Shown here: positions 1 to 12,691 of the stretch, piece by piece
How positions within the stretch are numbered: the stretch's first letter is position 1
How the letters are laid out: each line of letters opens with the position of its first letter
Assembly (NCBI GenBank): GCA_026936335.1
Contig: JAPMXV010000070.1
Location: forward strand, 239,351-303,350
Origin: Mantamonas sphyraenae STR306
Taxonomy: Eukaryota; Protista; CRuMs
Direction: 5' to 3'
Length of the DNA stretch: 64,000 nt
Position numbers and translations under genes: made by a program
The notes under the pieces: generated by a model
What the model was told of the DNA's origin: nothing
Seen by the model: the letters and a program-made list of their open reading frames with translations, nothing else
The model's database searches: none

Positions 1-3000
1 CACCTGCAACTCGGGGATGGGGCCTGGAGACGACACGCGCTCTGAGCTGGCATCACCAGCATCGTCGCCGGTGTTGGTGCTGCTGCTCTCGGTCTGCTGA
101 TGCTGCTGCTCGTTCGCGAGGGCCTGCTGCAGGGCCTGGCTGTCCACAGCTTCGTGCGAACCGCGCTGCTCCTGTAGGTCGTGTGTACGCCAGCGTGCCA
201 GGCGACCGCTGATTGCCTCGTTGTCTGACTCGCTCACACTCACGTCAAGAGCGCTGACAGCCGGCTCGAAGCCAGTCTCGCGCTGCTGCACAAAGCGTGC
301 ACGAGGGTCGGTCCACGACAGCGTTTGTGCCTCACTGCGGTGACGCGAACCAAAGCGCATGCCTCCAAGACCAGAGTCATCCGACGTCGGTTTGGCTTCC
401 ACGGAGGTCATGCCCCACCCGCCCATACCGTTGATCTCTTCCACAATCACAGATGCTTCGATAAACACGTCGGTGTCGATGGGTGCCAGACGGGTGGCAA
501 ACCAGGCGTCATGTGACTGGTTCAGCACTTCCGGCAGTTCACTCAGTGCTGTGGTAAGCTCTGCACGTGTGATTCCGCGAGGCATCACACGAGCAAACAG
601 CTCAAGCACAAGCCGCAGGTTGTGGTCGTTCGGAGAGTGCTTTGTCCAGTACTTGGTGCTGCTGTTCACCCTGTTGAAGATGTTGGTCAGAGCAAGCACA
701 AGCATGCGAGTTGCGTTGCCGTGTTCTCGCAGAATCTCTTCCCTCTTGTGCTGCAGCAAGCGGATGAGCAATGCCATCAACGAGGACATGCTCAACACCG
801 AGCGCTGCACCACGGCCGCCATGTTCCCATCGTTGTTGGCCTCACTGGGTGGCATTCCCAGCGGCTGCACAATCGCCTTGTGCACAAAGTCCACCACGAG
901 GCCAAACACACGCGTGTGCATGCGATCCTTCTCTTCCAGATTGCACTCGAGCAGCGTTTCTACAAGCCACGCGCCGTATGCAATCGATTTGGGCTCCAGC
1001 ATGCGCTTCCACAAGCCCTTCTTGACCAGCGCCGTGTTCAGCCACTGCTGCGGTGTCAACAACAGCTCCAGAAGCTGCACGTTGAGCGGTGCTTTGACCA
1101 AACCCCTGGTATTTGCCGCGTGCGCCTCTGCGGACCCCTGCAGGATGATCGAACGCACACGCTCCTGCAACTGGTTCAGGTAGCGCTCATCGTCCGTCTC
1201 CAGCTCGTACAGCGACAGTTCGCGTGCACTCTCATCGTCGTTGTCGGTCACAGCCGTATGGTCCTGCACTGCGACGCGCAAGAACACATTCAGGTGGCTG
1301 GCGTTGTCTGCAAATGCGCGTGTGATCTTGTCCCCTGCCGTGTCGAGCAGCGCCAGCATGGCCTGCTGTGCGCTACGGTCCACCTGCGCTTTGTACATCA
1401 GCTGCAGGTAGCCCTGCGTCTCAGCGTAGCTCTGCTGCGTGTACCAAATGTCGCATTCCGGTTTCACGGCCACCGTGCTCAGATCCTCATTTGGCTTGCG
1501 GTGGCGCACCTGTGCCAGGTTGTAGCGTGAGTTGACCACTGCAAAGCCGTCGCGGTCCGCCAAAGCCACACCCGTGCCCAGCAGCCACTTTTTGGTGTCA
1601 AGGAACGGGTACAGAAGCTCGTAGCAGACGTTGTTGTCAATGTGCCTGCCTTCGCCCTGTGTCAGCGTAACCGTCTCCCTCGATGCCCTGCTGATGCGTA
1701 CAAGGTCCATCAGCTCACGGTGCACACCTGTCGTGGCCACCGAGTCATCTGCCGCGTCTTCGGTCTCCACGGTTGCGCTCGTGGCATCCTCGTTGCCACT
1801 CTTGGCAATTGTGGAGCTGGTGCTGTCACTGGAGCTCTTTGACGTGCTAACCGATGTGCTGCTCGACGTGTTTGTGGCATCGTTGTCAGAGCCAACGTCT
1901 TTGCCGCTGTCGTCACCGGAGGCCGAGGTGCTGCTGCTGCTGCTGCTCTTGCTCTCACTCCCGCCCTCCACACCATCGCTGGCCAGTTCATCGCGCACGC
2001 GCTTCTCATAGGCGTACTTGGTCACAGCTTGGCCAAAGTTGCACAAAAAGTCGAGCATGGGGCCACGCACGACGAGCGGAAACAGACGAGCGCCGGGCAT
2101 GCACGAGAGGTCCATGCGCGACGCCGCATCCTCCACCAGGTTGCCGTCGTGTGTGAAAAACATGTCTCCGGTGCGTGTACTGATACCCGTGCCATACACG
2201 CCGTCGCGAGGCCGTGTGGTGCACTCCTTCTCAAGCACATCTTCGCTCGCGGGCTTCCAATCCAACAGAGCCGCCACCGACTCGTCCAGCGTCACGTCGA
2301 TGGCATCCACCGACGCATTTGCTGCGGCTGCAATCGTGCTGGACGGCTTTGAACCCGAGCTCTTGCCTGCGCTATAGCTGAGCTTGGACGTGCGTGCCAT
2401 GGGCGACGTCGATCTCGGCGCAAGGCGCAAGATCGAACGTGGCTCTGACGACGTCGAGTTGGGCGTGCCTTCGGTCGACGAGGGCGTGCTAAAGTTAAAC
2501 ACGTGGGACTGCGTCGTCGAAGCCTCGGCCGCCTGCTGCTGTGCATGCAGGTCGCGTGCAGGGATGCGGTCGCCTCCGTCGCGTCCATTGTCAAACAGAC
2601 GGTCGAAATCGTCGTCCGCTTCACCGTCCGAGATAACCCCGGACACGTCCTCTTCGTCATCGAAGCCTGCTTGGTTGCTCGTGTTGCGAGTCCTGTCAAA
2701 GTACGAGCGCAACGCGCGTTCGCTTCGTCGTTGCTCCTGGATGCTGACCATGCCACCATTCATCGCGGGCTCGCTGCTGTTGGCTGCGCTGTCTGCCGGT
2801 TCAGATGTTTCTGCACCCGCCCTTTCTTCCATCGTCGTGCTCCTGCTGCTCGTGTGGCGTGTGCGTCCGCCAAAGCGCCGTCCGCCAAAGCGCCCGCCCG
2901 ACGTACTTCCCGACGGCGCCGAACTCGTCGAGTTGGGCGTGTCCTGGTCATCCGCAGCCGAAGTGGTGCTCGTGGTGGATGACGGTGTCGCAACCTCCTC

Positions 3001-6000
3001 GGCATCCTCGGCCTTTCTCGCCCGCCCAAATCGCCGGGACCTGGCTTTGGTCTTGGGCGTGGTGCTGCTGTTGTCGTTGCTGTTGCTGCTCTCGCTGCTC
3101 GCCTTGGTGGGCGTCTTTTTGCCAAAGCGAGAGCCCTTCGGGGGACGCGACGACGTGGAGCTTTCGGGCGCAGATGCGGTCGAGTTGGGTGTGTCCGACT
3201 GCTGTTCGCGAAGGCCGAACCGATTGGATTTGGACGGGCTCGGGGTGCTGTTCTCGTTCAACGGTCTGCTTGCACTCTTCCTTGTCTCCGTACCAGTGCT
3301 GGTCGATGCCTTGGCGTGCGTGGTCCTTCGTTGGGTCCTGACAACGGATTCGGAAATGACCACATCCTCGCCGAGGCCAACAATGCTCTCTTCCTCCCGG
3401 AAATCTTCCTGGCTGTCTTTTGCGCTTGTCTTGCGGCCTCGGCGGAAGTTGGTGGCGGTCGGGAAATCTGAAGGGGCGTGCGTCGCGCGCAAATGCTCGC
3501 GCGGGATGTCTGCACTCAGGTTCTCGTCCTCATCGTCATTGTTACCATCTGCTGATTGGATGTTCTTGTTCAACTTGCGGTTCCTGTTTGCGCGTCGTCG
3601 TTCCTTCTCGCGTTCCTCGCTGCTCTTGATGCGACGTCCGCCGAAACGAGCCCTCGCGCCACCGCTGCTTCTCGTCGTGGGTGACGTTGTGGATTCCGTG
3701 GTCGTCTCACTGTTGGTCGATTCCGAGCTTGTTGTACTCGTTGTGCTTGTGGTGCTCGTGGTGCTCGTGGTGCTCGTGGTCTCGGCCGCGGTTTCGGCTT
3801 CTGCCTCGGCTTCGGCCTCGGCTTCGGCCTTCACATCCGTCTTGGCCTTGATCACAGACGGTTTCTTCTCCACCGTACCACTCCTGCTGCTGCGCCAACC
3901 AGAGCTACGCTCCTGCCTCCTCGGGCTGGTGCGTCCGCGCGAGCCGATGCGCGGCGTACTCTCGCCACTCGGGCTTTCGCCACCCGAGAGGGAGTTGGAC
4001 GACGAGCTACGACCCGAGCTGCGTCCAGAGCTGCGTCGTCGGTGGCTACGCGGATGACGCTGCAGCAGGCTTCGTGCGTTTGCGCTGCCCGACGTGTCGT
4101 CGCTGCTCCAGGCTTCGTCTTCCGATTCGCTGCTGTTCAGACTTTCCACCTTGCCCTCCAGCTCGTCCACATCCGCCTCGGGTACGTCCGACGACTGATC
4201 CTTCGCTGGAGATGCACTCGAGTCGCCCAACTTGGCCCCGTCTTGGCCTGACGAGCGTTTTGGCGCAAGGAATCCGCGTGTGGCACGCTTCTCTAGGCTG
4301 GTGCCGTTGTTGCGCCTCTCGCTGCGGTTGCCGCCACCATGCAGGCTGCGCAGGTTCTGGCCAATGGAGCTTCGTTGCTTGCTGTTTCCTCCGCTGTGGT
4401 GCTTGATGATGGGACGGATCTGCTCGGGCTCCAGCACCGATTCAAACAGGTGGTCGGCTTGGTCGGTGGTGGCAGTGAACGCACGGCCATTAAAATCGTA
4501 GCATACCATGTGCATGTGCTTACCATCTTCGTCGAGAAGGGCGTAGCCAAGCATGAGCTGCGAGACAATCACCGTGTCATGCGTGCGGATGGGACGCGCC
4601 TTAGTCGCCACCTCGTAGTAGAAACTAGGCACTTGCGGGTGGTCGAGCGGCACAGAGGTGTTGGCTCGCAGCACCACAGAGCCTTCGTTGATGTTCTGGT
4701 ACTTGTTGACCGAGCAACGCCAGCTGTCGACCCAGGCGCCGGTCTGCAGGTGGGTAAAATCCAGGTACGTGGGCAGATGCGTGTCCAGGCATCTGTATGG
4801 CGATGCAGGCACGACGTTGCTGTACGGAGACGGGGCCAGCCGCATGATGTGTCGCTCCGACGCTGCAGTGACCTGACTGAGCTTGCGGTTGAGCTCGGGC
4901 AGGTTGTTCTGATGCTCGGCAATGGCAAAGAGGTTGGACAACAGGCCGTTCTGCATGAGCCAGTCGACAGCACGTGGATTGCTCATCAGCTTGCTGAGAG
5001 CGCCCATGGCATGTGTGCGCAGCTGCAGGAACTGGGTCTGCGCAAGCGTGGGCACCTGGGGCACGGGCAGGTCCAGCGAAAGCAGCACGTTGCGGAACAC
5101 ATCCAGGCACTCGGGTTCGTCGAGTTCCAGTTTGTTCATGTCCACGGTGACCTCCGGGAGCACCGCAAGGTCCACGGGGTGTTTGTATGCCACGACTTTG
5201 AGATCGTTGCAGTCGGAAATGCGCACCGGGCGAGCTGTGAAGCGCACATCCTGCGAGACATACGCAGTGGCGTGGTCGCCCTTGACGACAGATACACGTG
5301 CGCCCACGCGCAGGTCGTCATGGTGGTTGCCGAGGACGACAAACGCACTGAGGGCCATGGCCGCCACCATGCGTGCGTCGGCTCCGTCCTGCTTCAGCGT
5401 GAGCAGCTGTGCAGGAGACACGTTGTCCTCATTGCTGTTGTGGAATAGTGCCTGTACGTTGACCATCGCCTTTGTCAGCTGGCGCTCTACGATAGGCCTC
5501 CACTCGGTGTCGTTGAGGAGTGTGCGAAGCAGCATGATCAGCTCGCTGGCCATGTCGTGCATGGCCTCGGGATCTTTGGTGTAGCCCTGCTTGCCTTGCC
5601 ACACGTTCAGAGCCTGCCAAATGTTGCGATCAAAGCTGCTTGCGTACGGCACCGGCAGCATATTGATGTCCACGCGGCCCGGCGGCGTGCTGCTCGAATC
5701 GTCATTCTTGGACACGGCGCTTGTACTCCTCGTCGAGTGGCCAAATAGAGAGGATGACCCTTCGTTGTTGGGTGCTTGGCCGAAGCGGCCTGCGTTGCGG
5801 TTGCCAAAGCCACCGCTGCGTTGGCCAAAGCCGCCACTTCCCATTCCAGGTCCCATCGCACCTCCACCTCCACCGCCAAAGCCGCTGCCGAAGCCTCCGC
5901 CTCCGCCGCCACTGCCACCAAAGCCGCCGCTTCTTCCTCCGCCGAATCCTCCACCGCCGCCAAAGCCACCGCCGCCACCACCGCCGAATCCACCACCGCC

Positions 6001-9000
6001 GCCAAACGTGCTGTTTGTGGTGTTGTTGCTGTTGCTTGGTGCTCCAAAGATGCTCCTGCCCGAATTGTTGCTGCTGTTGTCATCTGAACTGCGCTGCTGG
6101 AACAGCGATCCGCCCGATCCGCTTGGGCGGTTGGTGCTGTTGGAGTTGGCATTGGAGCTTCCACCCAACCGCAAGCCGCCACCTCCACCTCCACCAAAGC
6201 CACCTCCTCCTCCGGCGCCGCCTCCAAAGCCTCCAAAAATGCCACCGCCGCCGAGGAGGATTTCTACGGCCTGTTCGCTGTTGTTTTGTGTACGTCGAAG
6301 GGCTGCAATGCTCTGGTCGCGATCAAAGCCCATTTCCAGAAGCGATGAGAGTTGTTCCGGGTCGACCTGGATCTCTTCGCGGAACGAACTGGACTCGGGT
6401 GCACGCAGGGTAGGGGCGCTGGTTGTGTCCGCTGCCCGGGCGGTGCTCCCCTCTGCAACGGCGGAAGACCACGCACTGTTGCTCCTGCTTTCCTCTTGAC
6501 TGGCACTGGAATCTGTGCTGGTGTTTGCGGCATCGTCGGCCTGATCGTCATCTCCACCATCGTCTTCCTCCTCGTCGTTGCTGCTACTTGCTCGGCCAAA
6601 GCGGGCGGAGCGTCGGCGGCTGCCGCGTGTGCGTCGTCCTCCACGCCCGCCTTTGCCATGAGCGTCGTCTTTGGTAGACGACGGATCGACCACTGGGCGC
6701 ACGTTTGCCAGGAGATCTGCCTCCTCCACGACAGTGGTGGAAGTAAGATGAGAGCGAAGAGACAGCAGGGAGCCCGAGTGCATCACCATGGCTTGGATGA
6801 GGTTGTCTCCGTCGCGGATGGGATGCGAAAGTTCCTCATCCTGGTGTGTGGCAGTCCAAACAAAGTCGAGGGAGTTTGCCACGGCAGTGGGGCCTGCGTG
6901 GATGAGGATGGTGCGCGCAAGTCGACAGAACGTGCGCTGGATGACAGTGGCCTCGGAAGTCATGAGACTGAGCAGAATGTTCATGCTGGAAGCCGAGGCG
7001 AGATACCTGCAGGCTGGCGGGGACAGGTCGCAAATGAGCTGCAGGAGTTGGAGGCGCCACACGACATGCTCGATCAGCATGCAGACCACGCGCAGATTTG
7101 TGGTGTCGCACGTGAGCGGGTAAGTCTCACGGATGTCGTCGAGGAGCACTCGGATGACGTATGCCTGCAAAGTCGTGAGGTCGTTTGCGTTGCGTGCACC
7201 AGACACGAGAGCCGAGTCGTCGCTTGCGTGTGCGTCGTCACGAGGTGACTCGAAGCACTGCAGGGCAAAGAGACGTGTTTGATCCATGGCTTGGATGTAT
7301 GCAAAGGTAGGTTGGCTCATGCTTGCACGCACAGTGGCTTCGAGCTCCTGCGTGACGAGCGATCGCGATCGGTTGACGAGAACTTCCATGATGGCAGTGT
7401 CGACGAGCGAATCGTGGTCGGCACGGTAGACACGCATGTTGAGGAGCTCCATGGCGTTGTGGGAGATGCGTGTGGAGACCAGATAGAGGCGTGTATCCGA
7501 TGATTCAAGGGGTGCCAAGTCGACGTGCACGAGCGAGCAGATGGTCTTGATCAGGCGGATGAAACTGGCCAAAAGGGACTTGAGCTGCATGGCGCCCGCT
7601 GCGTTGACACACAGCATGTAGTCGTACGGGGCAGTGAGTTTCGCGCCGGTGCCCTCCCTCATCAGCTGGGCGAGCGTGAAACGCACGATGTCCAGGACGT
7701 GACCTGCACTGTAGTGTGAGCGAAGGAGGACAATCAGATCGTCAAACATGCGAATGGCGTGCGCGCGGTTGATGGCGAGCTCGCGATGTTGCATCAGCTG
7801 CAGCTTGAGTGTTGAGACGTCGACCTCCTCGGCGTACACAAAGTCAAAGATGGCTTGGACGGCCGGGTTAGGGTTGTGTGTGCCTGTCGAGGCGCGGTTC
7901 TCAATCATCTGCAGTTGCTCGAGGCTGTCTGCGTCAAAGTCGATTTCCCCTTCGCCGAGTGAGCTTTGCTTGTGCAGCTGCTTGCTGTCGGTCTCTCGCA
8001 CGGTCTTCCACATGCTCAGAATGTTCTTTGATTGGATGAGCGTGGCTGAGGAGCTACGAAGCATCGGTGGAGGCTTGGGTGCGTCGCTGTCAGACAACTC
8101 GAGCTCGGAGCTGCTCTCTGCCTTCATGGAAACCGTGCGGTTGAGTTTGTTCAGAGGTTGCACCATGGCCGGCGACGGGGTCGAAGGCGTGGATGGAGAC
8201 GGAGTCGAGGCGGGGGCGGAGGGAGACACGGTCAGAGCGGGCTTCACGCCAAGGAGAAGCTGGATCTTCGCCGCCAGCTCCTTGCAGATGGACTCGTACT
8301 TGTCAGCCGGTGCAGAGACAGAGGTTGTGACTGCGGACGATGAAGAGGAGGAGGAGGAGGAGGAGAAGAAGAAGGTGTGTCTTCCTTGGGTTCGTTCGTT
8401 TGCTCGGCCGATTGAGAGGGTGCTGCATCGGCCTCCGGGGCTGCCGGCGCTGAAGGTGCTGGTTCAACGGCCTCACTGGCCTCTGTGGCGCCGGCTTCGG
8501 CCATGGAGATGGAGAAGCCACCACCAGCGAGGGGCTGAGAGGTGGGCGTGTTTTCCCCAAGGACGGCCGACGAGGAACTGGTGTCGCTGTCCTCGTTGCT
8601 GCTGCTGCTGCTGCTGCTGTTGCTGCTGCTGTTGCGAGCGGCTTCGGTGTTGGGAGAGGATGAAGACGACGACGAAGATGCCAAGGCGATGGCAGACTCG
8701 TCACGTGTGAAGCTACGCTCGTTGTGGAGCTGGCGCACGTGGAAGCGGATCTTGATGGCGCGTGCCCAGATATAGACAAGGTTGTCAGGGGGTGTGGGAG
8801 GCGCTGTAGCTGCGCTGTCGGCTTCGTTTTGCGTGTCGACGAGCAGCTGTGCAAACTGAAAGGCCTCGTCGATGCAGCCGAGATGTTTGAGGATGACTGC
8901 GACAAGCTGACGCTCGAGGCGCGAAACGCTCGGTGTCGCCTTGACGGTGCGTGCGAGCTTGTTGTTTGCAAGCGATACCTTCATGAGGGTTTTGTCGAGG

Positions 9001-12000
9001 AGGACGGCTTGTGTGGTGCGCTGGTGCACAAAGTCGGCCAGGAAGTCCTCGTGTGCGGGTGGGGCCGTGTCGAGGCCGCCTGCAAAGAGAGCCTTGCTTG
9101 TCCACGGACTCTGGTTGCTGCGTGCGTCGTCATCGGGCTGCGCGAGACGGCTGGCAAACATGGCCACGAGGTTGGCAAGGGTGATGACGAGGTTGTCGAT
9201 GCAGCGATCGAGCTGCAGCGAGGCGCTGTTGTCCTGCAGCGGCACCAGGACGCGAAGCAGGCTCAGAAGGTGCGGGGACACTGCATGCACAAAGACCGCG
9301 TCGTCTGCAAACAGACCAATGTCCATGAGGAGTCGAGGCAAAATGGCCGCAAAGAGAGGCGAGTCGAGGGCGTCGTCGGAATCATGCGAAGCCTGCTCAG
9401 CTGCGTAGTCTGTGATCATGGCCACGCGGTCAATGGTCTGTTCGCTGACAGCAGTGCACTCTTGGTTGATCATTGCCGTGAGAAGGGCCGTGGCGCTGCG
9501 CTGTGTGTGGCTGTTGGTGGTGGGTGCAGACACTCGTGCCAGCAAATGTTTGTACATCTCTTCCAACTCGTCGCCGAGGTCTTGGATGAGGCGGCGAGTG
9601 GCCGCAGGCGTGCTGAACGACGTGACCAAGCCGTCCAGGATGGGCAGCTTGACAGCTTCGTCGTAGTTGCTTGCCGATGTATCAGCTGAGGAAGTTTCGG
9701 GAGACGTGCGCTCGTACATCAACGTTTGGAACATATCCAGTTTCTCCTGTTGGGAAAACATGACGGTGAGTTGGTGGCGCAGGATGTTCTGTGAGGCAAT
9801 GCTGAGCGCCTTTGCGTTGAATCGCGAGCGCAACGAAGGCTGCCCCGAGGGGACCACGTGCTTCTTGAGATAGGGTACGAAGCTGGGGAAGCAATCGACC
9901 TTGGGAGAGATGTCATTGCGGATGAGGTCGTCGACATTGGTCTGGAAAATGCGAAAGACGGCCGCGAGGATGTAGGGACGGAACGGGCCGTCCAGAGGCA
10001 TGTGTGCCTTTGCAATCTCGCCATCGTTGTCCTCAGTGTCCTGAGAGGGGATTTCTGCGTCAAAGCATCGCAGGACGTCGAGGAGGAACTGGAAGAGCGG
10101 TTGGTTGCGAGACAGGGCCATGGGCAGCATGCGTCGTCCGCCTCCGTCGACGTAGCGCAGCAGGGTGCGGTCAAAGTTGATGAGGACGCGGAGAAAGATG
10201 TGAAAGGGAGTGTGGAACGTCGGTGGCGTGGAGGACGCCGTACAGATCGGGGAGCTGAATGTCGAGCGGAGAGTAGGGCTCCGGGGGTGGTCCGACAAAG
10301 GTGGTGCGCGGGGTGGCGACGGCATCGTCTTGGTCAAGGGAGAACAGCTGGTAGAGATGTGTGCGCTTGACGTGTTCGTTGCGAGAGGATTGGACAGGGA
10401 GAGAGGCGAGGAGGTTGTTGTCGACCAGGGCAAAAGCCCCCTGGACAAAGAATCGCGCGCTGATGGGCAAGCTGGAGCCACCTTCCTTCTCGGTACAGTA
10501 GAACTTGAGGCGAAGCTGCTCATGAGTGAGACCCTCGTACTTGGGCTGGCAGGCGACGCTCTGCAAAAGGTAGTCCTGGTTGCGTGGCGGACTCATGCGG
10601 GTGGGTTGCCACTCTGTCTCGAAGCGAGACTGGACATCGACGGCGCTCACACTGTTGCCATCTTCAACGCCGAGGCGGACAATGCGCTGGCTAGGCACCT
10701 GTGAGTCTGGCGAGGTTGCGAGCTCAATGTCCGAGGCGTCAAAGAGGGTGACCTGACAGAGGGCGTTGGATGCCGGAGAAGCCAAGTTGGAGGCATAGAG
10801 GGCGACGATGGCGAGGGTTGCGTGATCCTGGTCGACAGCAAGAGCAGTGGGCACGAGCGGGGTGCGTTTGTCGTCGAGCGTGATACTTGCGGCAATGTTG
10901 ACCACATCGATGTCTGGGTTGTGGGCGAGGGTGTCGCAACTGTGCCGATACAGAGTGTTGGTGTCGTAGCCGCGGCGGATGTAGAGTGAGTCGCCGAGGT
11001 GGACGAGGTCGGTGATGGGACGGTCCTCGATTTCCGGAACAGCGAGGGTTGCGAGCGGAGTTTCGCTGGGTTGGCCGTCGGAAAGGATGGTATGCTTGGT
11101 GATGGTTGTCTCTGTGGCTTGGTAGATGTAGTTTGAGTCTGACACGAGGAGGGACTCTGTGGTGCGCCGGGGCTCTGGCGCAGGACAGTGAAGGGAGCAC
11201 GCAGGGTGGCCTGGTAGACGGTCTTGCGGTCGTGTGCAACCAACTGTGTGTCCCACGCTGCCAAAAGCTTGTGGTTGTCCTCAAGAGCGGTTTGGGGCTC
11301 GAGGAGGCTTGTGTAGGGAGCGTCGAGGTCGAGGAGGAGATGGACGGCAGCAAGGTAGCTCTTGATGTTGGAAGAGACGAGGGCAAGGGCGACCTTTGTG
11401 CTGATGACAAGGTTGCGTTTGGGCATGTCCTCTTGTGGGAGCTGGAGGAGGGCGTCGACCCAGGCGTGGATGGAGTCGAGGTTGTCGCCTCTGCGTGTGC
11501 CGGGCTCAATGTCGCGGATTACAGCATGGAGGGTGTCGATGCATGCATCACGTGCCGTGGGGTCACGCATGGAGACGGCGTGGATGATGGGCATGTAAAG
11601 GGATTCGCAGACCTGGATGATGAGTTCGGGGTCGACGGAATTTGGCTGGCCAAGCTTGTAGGCGAGGAGGAGACCTGTGCCCTGGGCGAGGAGGGCGGTG
11701 ACGTTTTGGGCACGGACGGTGGGACTCATGTCGTGGATGGAGGACTGGCAAAGGGCGAGCCAGTCACGGAGGGAGGCGATCCAGGCGGAAGTCGGGGTCG
11801 GTTGTTCAGAGGGCCCAGCGAGAGGAGCAAAGGAAGGAAGCTGCTCGGTGAGCGTGTTCATGCATGCGTCAAGGTTTGCAACAAAGGTGTCGACGACGTC
11901 TGCATCTGTGAGTTCGGGACTCTGGACGAGGGGCATGAGGATGCGCGTGCAGAGGTCGAGGAGGGCGGGAGAGGGCGGAAGAGGTGAGTGATCCGCATCG

Positions 12001-12611
12001 TCGTCGGTCGTGTTTGCGTCGTCTGCGTCGTCTGTGGCAGGTGCCACGGGAGCAGCAAGGCGCTTTGAGCTTTGAGCGTGCCAGGCGCACCGGATGGCGT
12101 TGTGGAGAACGAGGCGACGCTGAAAGGTGGAGAGGAAGGGCCTCGGGGGCCGGCTGTTGTCGCAAATGCGCGTATGGAGGAGTGGCACGAGCTCCTGCAG
12201 AATGGTCTCTGAGTCATGGATGGCAATTTGGCGTTCGATTTGTTCGATGTCGTCGGAGGACGGAAGCGTATGGATGTCTTCCTGGTCGGGGTTGGAGGCG
12301 ATGGCTTCGTCGCAATGCTCCTTGGAAAGCAGGCGGTAGTTTGCACGGAGGGAAGGGTTTGCTTCTGCGCGCGTATTTATGTAGTTCCAGGCTGCCTTGG
12401 CAATGGCTGGGGAGGTGTTGACGAGGACGGCGCTGGGGCAGTTGAGCCAGAGGTTGTCGAGAGCGTCGTTTGCGGCAGCGCGGAAATCGGCGTCCGCCTC
12501 TGCGTAGTTTGTGAGCTGGGTGGCCTCCTTGATCAGATTGCGGAAACGATCCTCTGAATCTGGAGGCGGGGTGTACGCGAGCTTTAACAGTCTCGAGTCG
12601 TAGGATTCCAT
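1..12611 (-). CDS. Giant (>4200 aa, 3'-incomplete) protein with Nup98-type GLEBS-like motif, G/FG-rich tracts and a split SPRY domain; probable HECTD4/HERC-like large E3 ligase
   Basis: Starts MESYDSRLL at 12611. ORF pieces 10647..12695, 10171..11256 and 8244..10523 are joined by single-base frameshifts (~11163, ~10215, ~8365). One frame then appears open to the window edge: the antisense ORFs at 359, 1631, 2384, 5591 and 7748 share its register. SPRY motifs FYYEV (~4620) and YGTGI..GDMFFT.DG...LFP...NFG (~2200-2030). E3 identity is inferred; the C-terminus is outside the window. Confidence 0.7.
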
Positions 12612-12691
12612 GGTGAGATGGAAATTTGGGTGGGAGTGCGGGCGCGGGGGCGGGGACGGCGGGGAGGACTTTGTGTGTGGCAATGTGGCAT

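Noticed and set aside
359-8710. Long + strand ORFs (e.g. 2384..4057, 5591..6499)
   Set aside because: Antisense shadows of the giant minus-strand gene in GC-rich DNA.
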